Source of the DNA: a virus
Virus record (IMG/VR): IMGVR_UViG_3300029720_000418
Coordinates: 3,344-67,343 of that record
DNA: 64,000 nucleotides
Reading direction: 5' to 3' (one strand)
In this document: piece after piece, positions 26,541-34,471 of the stretch
How positions within the stretch are numbered: the stretch's first letter is position 1
Layout: the number at the start of each line of letters is the position of its first letter
Translations under genes and position numbers: made by a program
Notes under the pieces: generated by a model
Database searches by the model: none
What the model saw: only the letters and a program-made list of their open reading frames with translations
What the model was told of the DNA's origin: nothing

Positions 26541-26819
26541 ATGCAAAAAAAATGTGATAGATGCGGTAAGTTTTATGTTGAGAATAGGCAAGAATTTACA
26601 GGATGTATGTTAAAACATTGCAATTTAATGGCATCAAGTAATATACATTTTGATTTGTGTGACGAATGTATTGGAAAGTTGTGGACTTTTCTTAACTTTC
26701 CGGTCGAGATAGACGATGCGATAGATCATTATAATCAAACAAAGGAAGATGGTAAAGGTTCGGATGACACTTCAACACTCGATACTGTAAAGATGAATGG
26801 ACGTTCCACATCACTTTAA
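26541..26819 (+). CDS. zinc-ribbon protein (CDRCG ... CDEC)
   Basis: RBS AGGAGGAG. Two CxxC pairs. Confidence 0.5.
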   Translation: MQKKCDRCGKFYVENRQEFTGCMLKHCNLMASSNIHFDLCDECIGKLWTFLNFPVEIDDAIDHYNQTKEDGKGSDDTSTLDTVKMNGRSTSL

Positions 26820-26826
26820 ATTGTTT

Positions 26827-26855
26827 TTCGCGTAGAAAACGTACCATTTTATGGA
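26827..26855 (+). promoter_or_regulatory. conserved promoter-like motif copy (variant; duplicate of the 2210 cassette)
   Basis: TTCGCGTAGAAAACGTACCATTTTATGGA. Confidence 0.45.
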
Positions 26856-26865
26856 GGTGATATTT

Positions 26866-27042
26866 ATGAATAAGGATCTAATATATGATACTTTAGATTG
26901 CATGAGAGGTATTAAAAAGAAATATCCGTGGATACCTAAATTTATCATACGGAGAGTTCTTTTTGCAGAAGAATGTTACATGCATAAAATTGGTATTATT
27001 GATTGGAAACCTGATCTAAAAAGTTGGTATTTTAAGAAATAA
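26866..27042 (+). CDS. hypothetical small protein (58 aa)
   Basis: Uses the same promoter/leader/terminator cassette as 2249-2461. Confidence 0.45.
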   Translation: MNKDLIYDTLDCMRGIKKKYPWIPKFIIRRVLFAEECYMHKIGIIDWKPDLKSWYFKK

Positions 27043-27086
27043 GATCTAAGACTCAGTGTAGAAATACATTGGGTCTTTTATTTTTA
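27042..27086 (+). terminator. rho-independent terminator (duplicate of 2467-2510)
   Basis: Identical to the 2467-2510 cassette apart from one base. Confidence 0.5.
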
Positions 27087-27108
27087 TTAATTGGAACGGA
27101 GGTGAATT

Positions 27109-27339
27109 ATGGATATTGTTGATTTTATTGAAAAACTATACCATATCAACTTAATGGAGTATCAGAAGCAACTCGTTCGTAATATATACCATGCGCTCGA
27201 AAATGGAGAAGAAATAAAATGGCTTGTGCCGCCTCGTGGCGGTAGTAGATTTGATCTATCAATACTGCATGGCATAGTCTGTGCAATATATAAAGAGCAA
27301 ATGAAAGGAGACGCAACAAAATGTGGGATAAAGGAATAA
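27109..27339 (+). CDS. hypothetical protein (76 aa)
   Basis: RBS ACGGAGGTGA. Confidence 0.45.
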   Translation: MDIVDFIEKLYHINLMEYQKQLVRNIYHALENGEEIKWLVPPRGGSRFDLSILHGIVCAIYKEQMKGDATKCGIKE

Positions 27340-27563
27340 TTGAAATCGGAAAAAATACGTTTATTTATCATGCAAAAGTATTTGCTTTGCCATCTGAATT
27401 TGGTATTAATTGTGGAAGAATATCGAAATTGGAAATAAGGAGACAGTCTGATGACGCGATTGTTGTTCAGTATGACCGCGAATGGGTTGTTAGACCTAAA
27501 ACAAAAGTAGAAGAGTTAGCACTACAGCGGGTTTTGGATATTTATCCGATAATTGACGAATAG
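27321..27563 (+). CDS. hypothetical protein (80 aa)
   Basis: Overlaps its upstream neighbour by 19 nt. Confidence 0.45.
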   Translation: MWDKGIIEIGKNTFIYHAKVFALPSEFGINCGRISKLEIRRQSDDAIVVQYDREWVVRPKTKVEELALQRVLDIYPIIDE

Positions 27564-27584
27564 ATGTAATATGAAAGGGGAGGT

Positions 27585-27929
27585 ATGGCAGTGGATAATA
27601 TATTTAAGAAATTAGAAGCATTAGGACAGAAAACAAATTGTACTATAAGTCTTGATTTTTATTGTATTGGCAGGTCGCGCCGCAATGTACAAATTGATGA
27701 TTGCGAAACTAAGGAACACTGTTCTTGTGACGTCAACTGGGAATGGTCGGAATATGAAATATTAAGAACTATTACTAATGCTATTGAAGAAATGAAAGCA
27801 CGACCAAAATGTTTCAATTGTAAGCATTATCATCCGGATCCTGGATTTTTTGAAATCTGCGGCTGTGATTGTAATAATTTCAGTAAATATGAAGATAAGA
27901 ATAAGGTGGTGGCGTTTAATGAATTCTAG
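27585..27929 (+). CDS. Cys-rich (metal-binding) protein
   Basis: RBS GGGGAGG. Ten Cys residues including CFNCKHYH and CGCDC. Confidence 0.5.
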   Translation: MAVDNIFKKLEALGQKTNCTISLDFYCIGRSRRNVQIDDCETKEHCSCDVNWEWSEYEILRTITNAIEEMKARPKCFNCKHYHPDPGFFEICGCDCNNFSKYEDKNKVVAFNEF

Positions 27930-28096
27930 TAACTATTCGGCATTCTCCATAAAACGTGGAATATTTTGGCATATTGTATTGATAAACCGTAGACATCCTA
28001 CGGTTTTATTTTTTGCCCGGGCTTTATCAAAGCGTAGGGTAGAAGACAAATTATATAACTGGTGTTTATGTATGAAGATGAATGAGGTGATTGAAT

Positions 28097-28369
28097 ATGA
28101 AGGTAAAAGTTTTTGATTCTCGTAAGAGTATTGATCTGGAGAACCAGATAAATGAATTTATCAAAGATAAAGTTGTTTATGACATTCGGCAGTCAACGTT
28201 TACAGTTCCGGCAAAAATTGATAAGGATGGCAAGACTGTTCGTGTTGATATTTTTAGCAGGGTGATTGTTATGTATGACAATGCTAAGAAGAATGTATTT
28301 AAGTCGAGTAGTTTGAGAAGTACCTTTGGAATATTTGATGATTTTGGAGGGGGTGTGAAGCCAGTATGA
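28097..28369 (+). CDS. hypothetical protein (90 aa)
   Basis: ATG after GAGGTGA. Confidence 0.5.
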   Translation: MKVKVFDSRKSIDLENQINEFIKDKVVYDIRQSTFTVPAKIDKDGKTVRVDIFSRVIVMYDNAKKNVFKSSSLRSTFGIFDDFGGGVKPV

Positions 28370-28554
28370 TAAATCTATTTGTTGAGAGCTATTGTCAGAA
28401 TTGTCCATATTTTGAGCCAGTCGCAGAAAAGCTTGTTGATTATTATGATAGTAGGGCTGTTGAAACTCGAGTTCATTGCTCGGATATGAATAAATGTAAC
28501 ATCATACATAATCAGATTCTTGAAGAACAAGCTAAAAAGTTGGAGACACAGTAA
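28366..28554 (+). CDS. hypothetical Cys-containing protein (62 aa)
   Basis: ATGA overlap with the upstream gene. Confidence 0.45.
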   Translation: MINLFVESYCQNCPYFEPVAEKLVDYYDSRAVETRVHCSDMNKCNIIHNQILEEQAKKLETQ

Positions 28555-28574
28555 AGAAGTAAGAGGTGATTGAT

Positions 28575-28904
28575 ATGACTACTATTGCGGTCTTGTGTAA
28601 GGACAATAAAGATGCCGGGCATTTGTTTTGTGAATTGGTCAACCGACTTAGGGCTGCTGGTATAACGATGAATCGTTTGATATGGCACCAATCAGTTATC
28701 GGGAATAAGAAATGTCGAGTTCGGGTTTATTCTTGTTCAGACGGCAGAGAAGAATGGAGAGGGACTAAGGTAGATATGACATTCGGATTTTCAGTAAAGC
28801 AACAGCATGAAATATTAAAAGAAGGGTGTCAAGCCAGCCGGAAATATATTGAGATGAGGGATGATTATGCAGGGATCTTGAGTGGTTATTTTGGAGCAAA
28901 ATAG
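28575..28904 (+). CDS. hypothetical protein (109 aa)
   Basis: ATG after AAGAGGTGA. Confidence 0.5.
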   Translation: MTTIAVLCKDNKDAGHLFCELVNRLRAAGITMNRLIWHQSVIGNKKCRVRVYSCSDGREEWRGTKVDMTFGFSVKQQHEILKEGCQASRKYIEMRDDYAGILSGYFGAK

Positions 28905-29007
28905 CTTGCATGGATGAAAAACTTGCACGCACAGAAGTTGCATGCACGAAAATACTTGCATGGACGAAAGTTTTTTTAGAGTGATTTTTATGAATTTTTT
29001 GGACGAC

Positions 29008-29021
29008 TTGCATGCGTGCAA
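29008..29021. promoter_or_regulatory. operator-like palindrome O1
   Basis: TTGCATGCGTGCAA (TTGCA-N4-TGCAA). Confidence 0.5.
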
Positions 29022-29067
29022 TTTTGGGCTTCAAAAAACCACGTATTTAAGCCATTTTTGGGCATTA

Positions 29068-29083
29068 CTTGCACGTATGCAAG
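29068..29083. promoter_or_regulatory. operator-like palindrome O2 (perfect 16-mer)
   Basis: CTTGCACGTATGCAAG. Confidence 0.55.
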
Positions 29084-29131
29084 CACCCTTAATCGATATT
29101 AAAAAATATATATTATATAAGAAAATAAGCG

Positions 29132-29147
29132 CTTGCATGTGTGCAAG
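29132..29147. promoter_or_regulatory. operator-like palindrome O3, between the -10 region and the RBS of the HTH gene
   Basis: CTTGCATGTGTGCAAG. Additional half-sites CTTGCA(T/C)G lie at 28905-28965. Confidence 0.55.
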
Positions 29148-29170
29148 TTTTTAGGAGGTGAAAACAAACC

Positions 29171-29401
29171 ATGAGTGAAACTGAATTTATTGACATTTTT
29201 AGTGATAATTTAAGAGATCTTATGATTGAGCGTAATTACACACAAAGATCGTTGGCAAAGGAAGCGGAATTGTCTGAATCAGCCATTACAAGATTTTTAC
29301 AGAAAAAGTCTATGCCGACATTACGAGCAGTTATTAATTTATCTTTGTCGCTCAGTTGTGATGTGGACGATCTGATTCCAACATATGATTATATCAAGTA
29401 G
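29171..29401 (+). CDS. XRE-family HTH regulator (Cro/CI-like), probably autoregulated via the upstream operator array
   Basis: HTH YTQRSLAKEAELSESAITRFL. RBS TAGGAGGTG. Operators lie at 29007-29147. Confidence 0.65.
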   Translation: MSETEFIDIFSDNLRDLMIERNYTQRSLAKEAELSESAITRFLQKKSMPTLRAVINLSLSLSCDVDDLIPTYDYIK

Positions 29402-29416
29402 AAAGGAGACGAGTAA

Positions 29417-29572
29417 ATGATATCACTTGAGTTTGCTGTAAAGTGCGTTACATTACTTATTTGTATTTATCCGCTTAGTATTTATCCAATAGTGGATAGA
29501 ATCTGTAGATGTAAGGAGCAGAAATATGTAAGCGATGTTATTAAGAAAAATACTGATGATAACAAACAGTAA
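29417..29572 (+). CDS. small membrane peptide (51 aa)
   Basis: Below the track cut-off. RBS AAAGGAGACG. Confidence 0.3.
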   Translation: MISLEFAVKCVTLLICIYPLSIYPIVDRICRCKEQKYVSDVIKKNTDDNKQ

Positions 29573-29642
29573 ATTAATATTTAAGAGAGGCGTTGGTTTT
29601 TACTGACGCTTTTCTTTTTGCAATGAAAGGAGAACAAAAATT

Positions 29643-30032
29643 ATGAATTATAAAACAAAACGAGATGGAGTGCGAGTGAGGATTGTAGAAACTGGTGAAG
29701 AGTTCAATTCTATTCGAGCATGCGCATTCAGATTGGGCGTTGATGTTACTTGGCTTGGAAAAGTCACAAGAGGAAATAATGGATTATGTACTTGTAAAGG
29801 TTATCACATTATTCGTGTAGAAGATCCCCGAGCAAATTATGATATTTCGAGAAAAGAATATCGTGGGAGAAAAGGACGAGCTGTTCGGATAGTCGAAACC
29901 GGAGAAACATTTAATTCCATATCTGAATGTGCAGATGCAATTGGTGGTAGCGCTGGAAGTATTTGTGAAATATTGAGAGGTCACAATAGAAGAGCAACGC
30001 ACATGGGTTACCACTTTGAATATGTAAAATGA
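29643..30032 (+). CDS. tandem NUMOD1-like DNA-binding repeats, no nuclease domain
   Basis: Two copies of VRIVETGExFNSIxxCAxxxG......I..LRG......GYHF, as in the DNA-binding modules of GIY-YIG/HNH homing endonucleases. Confidence 0.5.
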   Translation: MNYKTKRDGVRVRIVETGEEFNSIRACAFRLGVDVTWLGKVTRGNNGLCTCKGYHIIRVEDPRANYDISRKEYRGRKGRAVRIVETGETFNSISECADAIGGSAGSICEILRGHNRRATHMGYHFEYVK

Positions 30033-30054
30033 TTCAGTGCGAATAAAACATACC

Positions 30055-30081
30055 CCGCGGAAATATCATGCCCTTTTATGA
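30055..30081 (+). promoter_or_regulatory. variant promoter-like motif (same 3' half as the 17835 copy)
   Basis: CCGCGGAAATATCATGCCCTTTTATGA, followed by a structured ~110-nt leader. Confidence 0.35.
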
Positions 30082-30192
30082 GAGGAAAGTGTGATATTCT
30101 GTATTTCACAACATTTCCTCTTACCTTTGACTTTGGAACGTACTCCGGTGTCCTTCGGGCCCGGGGTCATTTATATTTAAGGAGGGGTTAAA

Positions 30193-30483
30193 GTGAAAGA
30201 GAATAAGTTTCAGGCAGGATTAAAAAAGAAACTTAAAACGATGTTCCCCGGATGTATAGTAACCAAACTTGATTCGAGTGATATCCAAGGCATTCCAGAT
30301 TTACTTGTCTTATATAAAGATAAATGGGCTGCCTTAGAAGTCAAGAAAGAGGCGAAAGCTTCTCATAGACCGAATCAAGATTACTATGTTGAGAAAATGA
30401 ATGAGATGTCATTTTCCAGATTTATATTTCCAGAAAATGAGGAGGACGTATTAAATGAACTTCGTGAAACATTCAAATCTTGA
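30193..30483 (+). CDS. VRR-NUC-like PD-(D/E)xK nuclease
   Basis: GIPDLLVLY...AALEVKK...Q matches the VRR-NUC core. GTG start after AAGGAGGGG. A long structured leader runs from promoter 30055-30081. Confidence 0.5.
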   Translation: MKENKFQAGLKKKLKTMFPGCIVTKLDSSDIQGIPDLLVLYKDKWAALEVKKEAKASHRPNQDYYVEKMNEMSFSRFIFPENEEDVLNELRETFKS

Positions 30484-31009
30484 GGGGCTTCATGCTCCAT
30501 TCAGCGCAAGCCAGTCGGCATGGCTTAGATATGACACTGAAAAAGCACTAACCGTATATGATAATATGCGGGCAAAAGAAAGAGGAACAAAGCTTCATGA
30601 TTGGGCTAAGAGAACTATTGACTTAGGAATCAAGCAGCCCAGATCAAATAAAACCTTGTATGCGTATGTCAATGATGCTATTGGTTTTAAGATGAGTACC
30701 GAAGTGGTGTTATATTATTCGCCATATTTCTTTGGTACAGCTGATGCTATATCATTTAGGAATAATAAATTAAGAATACATGATCTTAAGACTGGAAAGT
30801 CCGGTCATATGGAGCAGCTTGAAGTATACGCTGCTCTTTTTTGTTTGGAGTACAAAATCAAACCAGGAGATATACAGATGGAGTTGCGATTATATAAGGA
30901 CAATGAAGTAATTGTTCATGAGCCAACTGCTGAAGATATTTTACCGATTATGGATAAGATCATGTCTCTTAACAAAGCATTGGAAAACTTTGATGATAGG
31001 GAGGTGTAG
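30455..31009 (+). CDS. PD-(D/E)xK-family nuclease-like protein
   Basis: FGTADAISF...LRIHDLKTGKS...EQLEVY fits a D...D/ExK core. Start uncertain, in the range 30455-30479. Confidence 0.45.
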   Translation: MNFVKHSNLEGLHAPFSASQSAWLRYDTEKALTVYDNMRAKERGTKLHDWAKRTIDLGIKQPRSNKTLYAYVNDAIGFKMSTEVVLYYSPYFFGTADAISFRNNKLRIHDLKTGKSGHMEQLEVYAALFCLEYKIKPGDIQMELRLYKDNEVIVHEPTAEDILPIMDKIMSLNKALENFDDREV

Positions 31010-31012
31010 ATA

Positions 31013-33988
31013 TTGAATCCTATTGCAGAAGAAATTGAATCATATCATGGATGTGGCTCGATGACAACGACTGAATTCCTTGAGCATTATGGAATGCCTA
31101 GAAGATCGGGCAGATATCCATGGGGTTCTGGTGGAGATCCATATCAGCATGAGAGAGACTTCCTTAGTCGAGTTGAAGAATTAAAAGCAACTGGCTGGAC
31201 AGAAACTCCGGAGAATATTAAAGAGACATTCGGATTGACGACAACACAGTATCGTACAGAGAAAGCTCTGGCTAAAGATGAACGAAGAATGTATGACGTA
31301 GCAAGAGCAAAGTCACTCAGAGATGATGGTCTTGGAGCAACAGAGATTGGACGTAAGATGGGTATCAATGAATCGACAGTCAGATCATTACTTAATCCAC
31401 ATTCTGAACAGCGTATGGAGCAGGCGAGAAACACTGCAAAATATTTGAAAGAACAAGTGGATAAGAAAGAAATGGTTGAGGTTGGTACAGGTGTAGAGCG
31501 AGAGCTGAATATTTCAAAGGAGAAATTAGATCAAGCTCTCTATCTGTTGCAGAGAGATGGATATAACGTTTACAAAGGTGGAATACCACAGGCAACCAAC
31601 CCAGGGCAGCAGACAAATCAGAGAGTATTATGTAAGCCTGGAATTGAGCATAAAGAAATATATGATTTCAATAGAGTACAGTCCTTGAAAGATTACATTT
31701 CGAGAGATGGCGGTGATACTTTTGAAAAGAAGTTCCATTATCCAGAGAGCATGGATTCAAGGCGATTGGCTATCCGTTACAAAGAAGATGGGGGAATCGA
31801 CAAGGATGGAGTAGTAGAGCTTCGTCCTGGTGTTGCTGACTTATCGCTTGGCGAATCTCGTTATTCTCAGGTTCGTATTATGGTTGACGGTAAGAAATAC
31901 ATAAAGGGTATGGCTGTTTATGGAGATCCAAAAGATTTTCCCGATGGTGTTGACGCTATCTTCAATACAAACAAATCTAAGTCAGTAGCAAAGATGGATG
32001 TGTTGAAAGACATCAAGAATGATCCAGACAATCCTTTTGGTTCACTCATCAAAGATGCTGATCAAGGAGGTCAGTATTGGTATGATGATCCAAAGACTGG
32101 TAAAAAGAAACTTGGATTAATCAATAAAAGATCCGATGAGGGTGATTGGACTGAATGGAAAGACACGTTACCATCTCAGTTTTTAGCAAAGCAGTCATTG
32201 AGAATGGCGGGTAAACAGCTGGATTTAGCCAAGGCAGACAGAAGAGATGAGTTTGAAGAGATTAAATCTATCACGAACCCTGTGATTAAAAAACATTTCT
32301 TAGAAAAATTTGCTGATAGTTGTGATTCAGCATCAGTTCATTTGAAAGCAGCAGCGTTACCGGGGCAGAAATACCATGTAATACTTCCTATCAATTCTTT
32401 AAAGGAGAACGAAGTGTATGCTCCTGGATATACGCCAGGAACTAAGTTAGCATTGATTCGTTATCCGCATGGTGGAACATTTGAAATTCCAATACTTACT
32501 GTTACTGATAAAAATCCAGAAGGTAGAAGAATAATCGGAACCGAATCTATTGATGCAGTCGGTATTAATCACACGGTTGCTGAGCGTTTATCAGGAGCCG
32601 ATTTTGATGGTGATACTGTTATGTGTATCCCAACACACGACAAAGCAGGAAGGGTTAAGATCGCCTCAACGCCTCCATTAAAAGGTCTTGAGGGATTTGA
32701 TCCAAAAATGTCATACCCAGAACGTCCTGGTATGAAATATATGAAAGACCCAAAGACTGGTAAAGACAATACTCAGAATGAAATGGGGAGAATTTCAAAC
32801 CTTATCAGTGATATGACCTTAGCAGGAGCACCACCAGAAGAAATGGCTAGAGCAGTAAGACATTCTATGGTAGTTATTGATGCTGGAAAACATAAGTTGG
32901 ACTACAAGCAAAGTGAGATTGATAACAACATTAAAGCATTGAGGAAAGAATATCAGGTTAAGACAGATAAGGATGGAAACATTACTGGCTATGGTGGTGC
33001 CGCTACTATCATTTCAAGAAGTAAGGGCGAATCTACAATAAACAAACGCCAAGGTACGCCCAAGATTAATCTTAAGGGTAAAGAATGGTATGACCCAAGC
33101 AGACCTGAAGGTGCACTTATCTATAAAGATGCAGATAACCTATACTACCCAGATCGTAAGCAAGAAAAAGGTATCGTGGAGTTACGTACCGTGGATGGTA
33201 AAAAAGTAACCTACTCCTATGCCGATAAGGATGCGGTAGATAGGTATGCCCCAGTAGAGAGGAGAGACCCTGCTACCGGAAAAGTCACATTCACTAATAA
33301 AGATGGAAGCATAGAGTATCGAACCAAGGTTCATACACAGAAGAGTACCAATATGGCTGATACTGATGATGCATACACTCTAGTATCAAAGGCTAGACAC
33401 CCTATGGAACTTCTATATGCCGATTATGCCAATGATATGAAAGCATTAGCGAATCAGGCACGTGTTGAACTAGCTAATACAAGTAAGGTGGCATATAACC
33501 GAAATGCCAACACAATGTATAAAGCAGAGGTTAAGTCGTTGGATGAGAAACTTAATAATGCATTATTAAATGCTCCTAGAGAGCGTGCCGCGCAACGAAT
33601 GGCTAATGCTGAAGTACAAAAGAAACAATTGGACAATCCTGATTGGAAGTCTGCTGATGTTAAGAAAGCGAGTCAGCAAGCATTAACAAAGTTTCGACAA
33701 GAAGTTGGCTCTGTCTCGAGAAGAGCTCGAAACATACAGATTACAGACAATGAATGGAAAGCTATTCAAGCTGGAGCAATCAGTGAAAGTAAATTAAAGA
33801 AGATTCTTAATAATGCAGACATTGATGAATTGAGACAACGTGCCACACCAAGACAGACAAAAGCTATGACCGAATCTCAAATCAATCGTGCAAAAGCAAT
33901 GTCTTCTTCGAACTTCACATTAAAACAGATCGCAGATGCTTTAGGTGTCTCAACATCAACAGTTTCAAAGTATTTGAAAGGAGCGTGA
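31013..33988 (+). CDS. single-subunit RNA polymerase with beta-prime-type double-psi beta-barrel (YonO/crAss-vRNAP-like), flanked by HTH domains
   Basis: LALIRYPHGGTFEIPIL at ~32455-32500 matches the beta-prime NRAPTLHRLGIQAFEPVL region. GADFDGDTVMCIP at 32594-32632 matches NADFDGDQMAVHVP. Sigma-region-4-like HTHs lie at the N-terminus (~31300-31390) and the extreme C-terminus (~33900-33985). Confidence 0.6.
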   Translation: MNPIAEEIESYHGCGSMTTTEFLEHYGMPRRSGRYPWGSGGDPYQHERDFLSRVEELKATGWTETPENIKETFGLTTTQYRTEKALAKDERRMYDVARAKSLRDDGLGATEIGRKMGINESTVRSLLNPHSEQRMEQARNTAKYLKEQVDKKEMVEVGTGVERELNISKEKLDQALYLLQRDGYNVYKGGIPQATNPGQQTNQRVLCKPGIEHKEIYDFNRVQSLKDYISRDGGDTFEKKFHYPESMDSRRLAIRYKEDGGIDKDGVVELRPGVADLSLGESRYSQVRIMVDGKKYIKGMAVYGDPKDFPDGVDAIFNTNKSKSVAKMDVLKDIKNDPDNPFGSLIKDADQGGQYWYDDPKTGKKKLGLINKRSDEGDWTEWKDTLPSQFLAKQSLRMAGKQLDLAKADRRDEFEEIKSITNPVIKKHFLEKFADSCDSASVHLKAAALPGQKYHVILPINSLKENEVYAPGYTPGTKLALIRYPHGGTFEIPILTVTDKNPEGRRIIGTESIDAVGINHTVAERLSGADFDGDTVMCIPTHDKAGRVKIASTPPLKGLEGFDPKMSYPERPGMKYMKDPKTGKDNTQNEMGRISNLISDMTLAGAPPEEMARAVRHSMVVIDAGKHKLDYKQSEIDNNIKALRKEYQVKTDKDGNITGYGGAATIISRSKGESTINKRQGTPKINLKGKEWYDPSRPEGALIYKDADNLYYPDRKQEKGIVELRTVDGKKVTYSYADKDAVDRYAPVERRDPATGKVTFTNKDGSIEYRTKVHTQKSTNMADTDDAYTLVSKARHPMELLYADYANDMKALANQARVELANTSKVAYNRNANTMYKAEVKSLDEKLNNALLNAPRERAAQRMANAEVQKKQLDNPDWKSADVKKASQQALTKFRQEVGSVSRRARNIQITDNEWKAIQAGAISESKLKKILNNADIDELRQRATPRQTKAMTESQINRAKAMSSSNFTLKQIADALGVSTSTVSKYLKGA

Positions 33989-33993
33989 ATTAA

Positions 33994-34245
33994 ATGAATT
34001 ATCAATCTTTATTGACAACAACAGATAATCCATTCGATCCATTCGAGCAGTTCACGCAATGGCAATTGTTTGATGCTCAAAAAGGAAGAGATACGTGTGG
34101 TTATTTGATGCGAATTGCCAAAATTTCAGATGATATGTCTGAAGTTGAGTGCGATAAAGAAATAAATCGAGCAATTGATGAAATTATTGCAGAAAATCCT
34201 TTAGGAATTTACACAAAAGTTACAAAAGAGCTCGTTTTGGGCTAG
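33994..34245 (+). CDS. hypothetical protein (83 aa)
   Basis: ATG 4 nt after the RNAP stop. Followed by GC hairpins and a T-run. Confidence 0.5.
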   Translation: MNYQSLLTTTDNPFDPFEQFTQWQLFDAQKGRDTCGYLMRIAKISDDMSEVECDKEINRAIDEIIAENPLGIYTKVTKELVLG

Positions 34246-34367
34246 ATATGTGGTGGAAAAAGCATAGAGGGGGGTCTGAAAAAACGCACCCCCTCCCTGC
34301 ATCGCCGCCCTCTTTGAAAATTCCCCGGAGGGATTTTTTATATTTGAGTTTCATGATACTTGTAAGG

Positions 34368-34471
34368 GCTTATGATATGGTCTAATGCACATCTCAATGG
34401 ACCTGCCACCTATTGAGAGTTTGTTAATTTCTCCTTTCTGTTTTGTGCATCCCTCCGCCATATCATAAGTC
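34368..34471. repeat. nested imperfect palindrome immediately upstream of the terS-like gene
   Basis: Outer arms CTTATGATATGG / CCATATCATAAG. Inner arms ATGCACA / TGTGCAT and CTCAATGG / CC(T)ATTGAG. Confidence 0.5.

Noticed and set aside
28765-29154. ORFs 28765-29034 (-), 28815-29021 (-) and 28942-29154 (+)
   Set aside because: They are composed of the operator palindromes and half-sites. They have no RBS and lie on the wrong strand for this genome. They are regulatory DNA, not genes.
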